DNA of 64,000 nucleotides, taken from Felis catus (Eukaryota). This document shows, one piece after another, positions 63,094-64,000 of this stretch. Under the pieces are notes generated by a model. That model was not told the origin of the DNA, made no database searches, and worked only from the letters and a program-made list of their open reading frames with translations. A program made the translations under genes and the position numbers. The stretch lies in the NCBI RefSeq assembly GCF_018350175.1, contig NC_058383.1, forward strand, positions 25,236,001-25,300,000. The letters run 5' to 3'. Position 1 is the stretch's first letter. Every line of letters starts with the position of its first letter.

Positions 63094-64000
63094 GACTGCT
63101 TATGTCTGTTATCTCTGTGAACTTCACCCCTGTTGTGTTTAATTACAGTTTGATGATTCTGACTGCTGACATTATTCTATTAGAAGAATATGACCTAATT
63201 TATTGATTCTTTCTATTGCTGGTGGACATATGGCTTGTTTCAGCTATTGTGAGGCATCCTGCTTTCTTGTACATGCCTGTCAGTGAGCACAGGTACCTAT
63301 TTCTGGTGATGTGTGTATACTCAGTTTTAGTAGATACTGTCAAGAGATTTTCCAAGGTGGCTGTACTTTGACCAGACATGTTTTTAACATTACAAGATGC
63401 TTTAGCCTCCAGTAACCTAGTCACTATTGACACAGCTTCTTTTGGCTCTTTAAATACTCCTTCAGGGCCTCTGCACAATGCTCTGTTTTGCTGTCATAAT
63501 CTCTGCCCAACCAAAGGATGGGCAAGAGCTCATCCTTTGGGTATCAATGCAATGTTGCCTCTTTTCAAGCAGGCCCTGTTCTGTTATACTCACCACTTTA
63601 CATATAGTATCAAGTCCATGCCTGGTAAATGTTTAGCACTAAACAAATGTTAGCTAACGTTGCTGTTGTTGCAATAAATAGTCTTTAAGTTCTGCTTCCC
63701 AAAAATCTGTGATTGTGGGAAGTCAGATTTCCTGACTCTTATCCTGGTGTACTGACCTGTATGTGCCCCTAAAGCTTCTAAATCTTCCATAGGGGAGTAG
63801 TTAGCAGGCCAAGTTTCCCCAGGCTCCTAATAGTGAGCACCTATCTTCCTGAGGATGTACAGTCCCTGTTCTCTACTAAATGGCCAAAAGAGGGCACTGT
63901 GGGAACACGTCTGCAGAAAGAAAGAAGGAGGTGTTCAGAATTAGAAAGAACTAGAAGAGTACTTCATTTTGAAGACCCAAACCTTCATTTTATAGATGCT

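Overview
Mammalian genomic DNA, very probably a felid, judged from about 13 carnivore tRNA-derived CAN-SINEs including a young SINEC_Fc-type copy. Three spliced genes lie head-to-tail on the + strand. PDILT: the last 9 coding exons (359-16655), ending in KEEL. UMOD (uromodulin/Tamm-Horsfall): complete, with 1 non-coding and 10 coding exons, CDS 24425-36766, 642 aa. GP2, its paralog: complete, CDS 42720-56917, 512 aa. All reconstructed introns are GT-AG and all frames stay open. I see no wholly new biological system. The most interesting signals are: (1) the FimH-binding decoy module is altered in both paralogs, with GP2 lacking the Cys-Cys beta-hairpin (about 18 aa) and UMOD lacking one Gly just before its high-mannose sequon, plus other substitutions at conserved D10C sites; (2) a 36-nt U2 snRNA retrocopy with a perfect 14-bp target-site duplication beside a UMOD acceptor; (3) a duplicated 3' splice site in PDILT. 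Comparisons with human and dog proteins and all repeat family names are from memory and need alignment or RepeatMasker confirmation.
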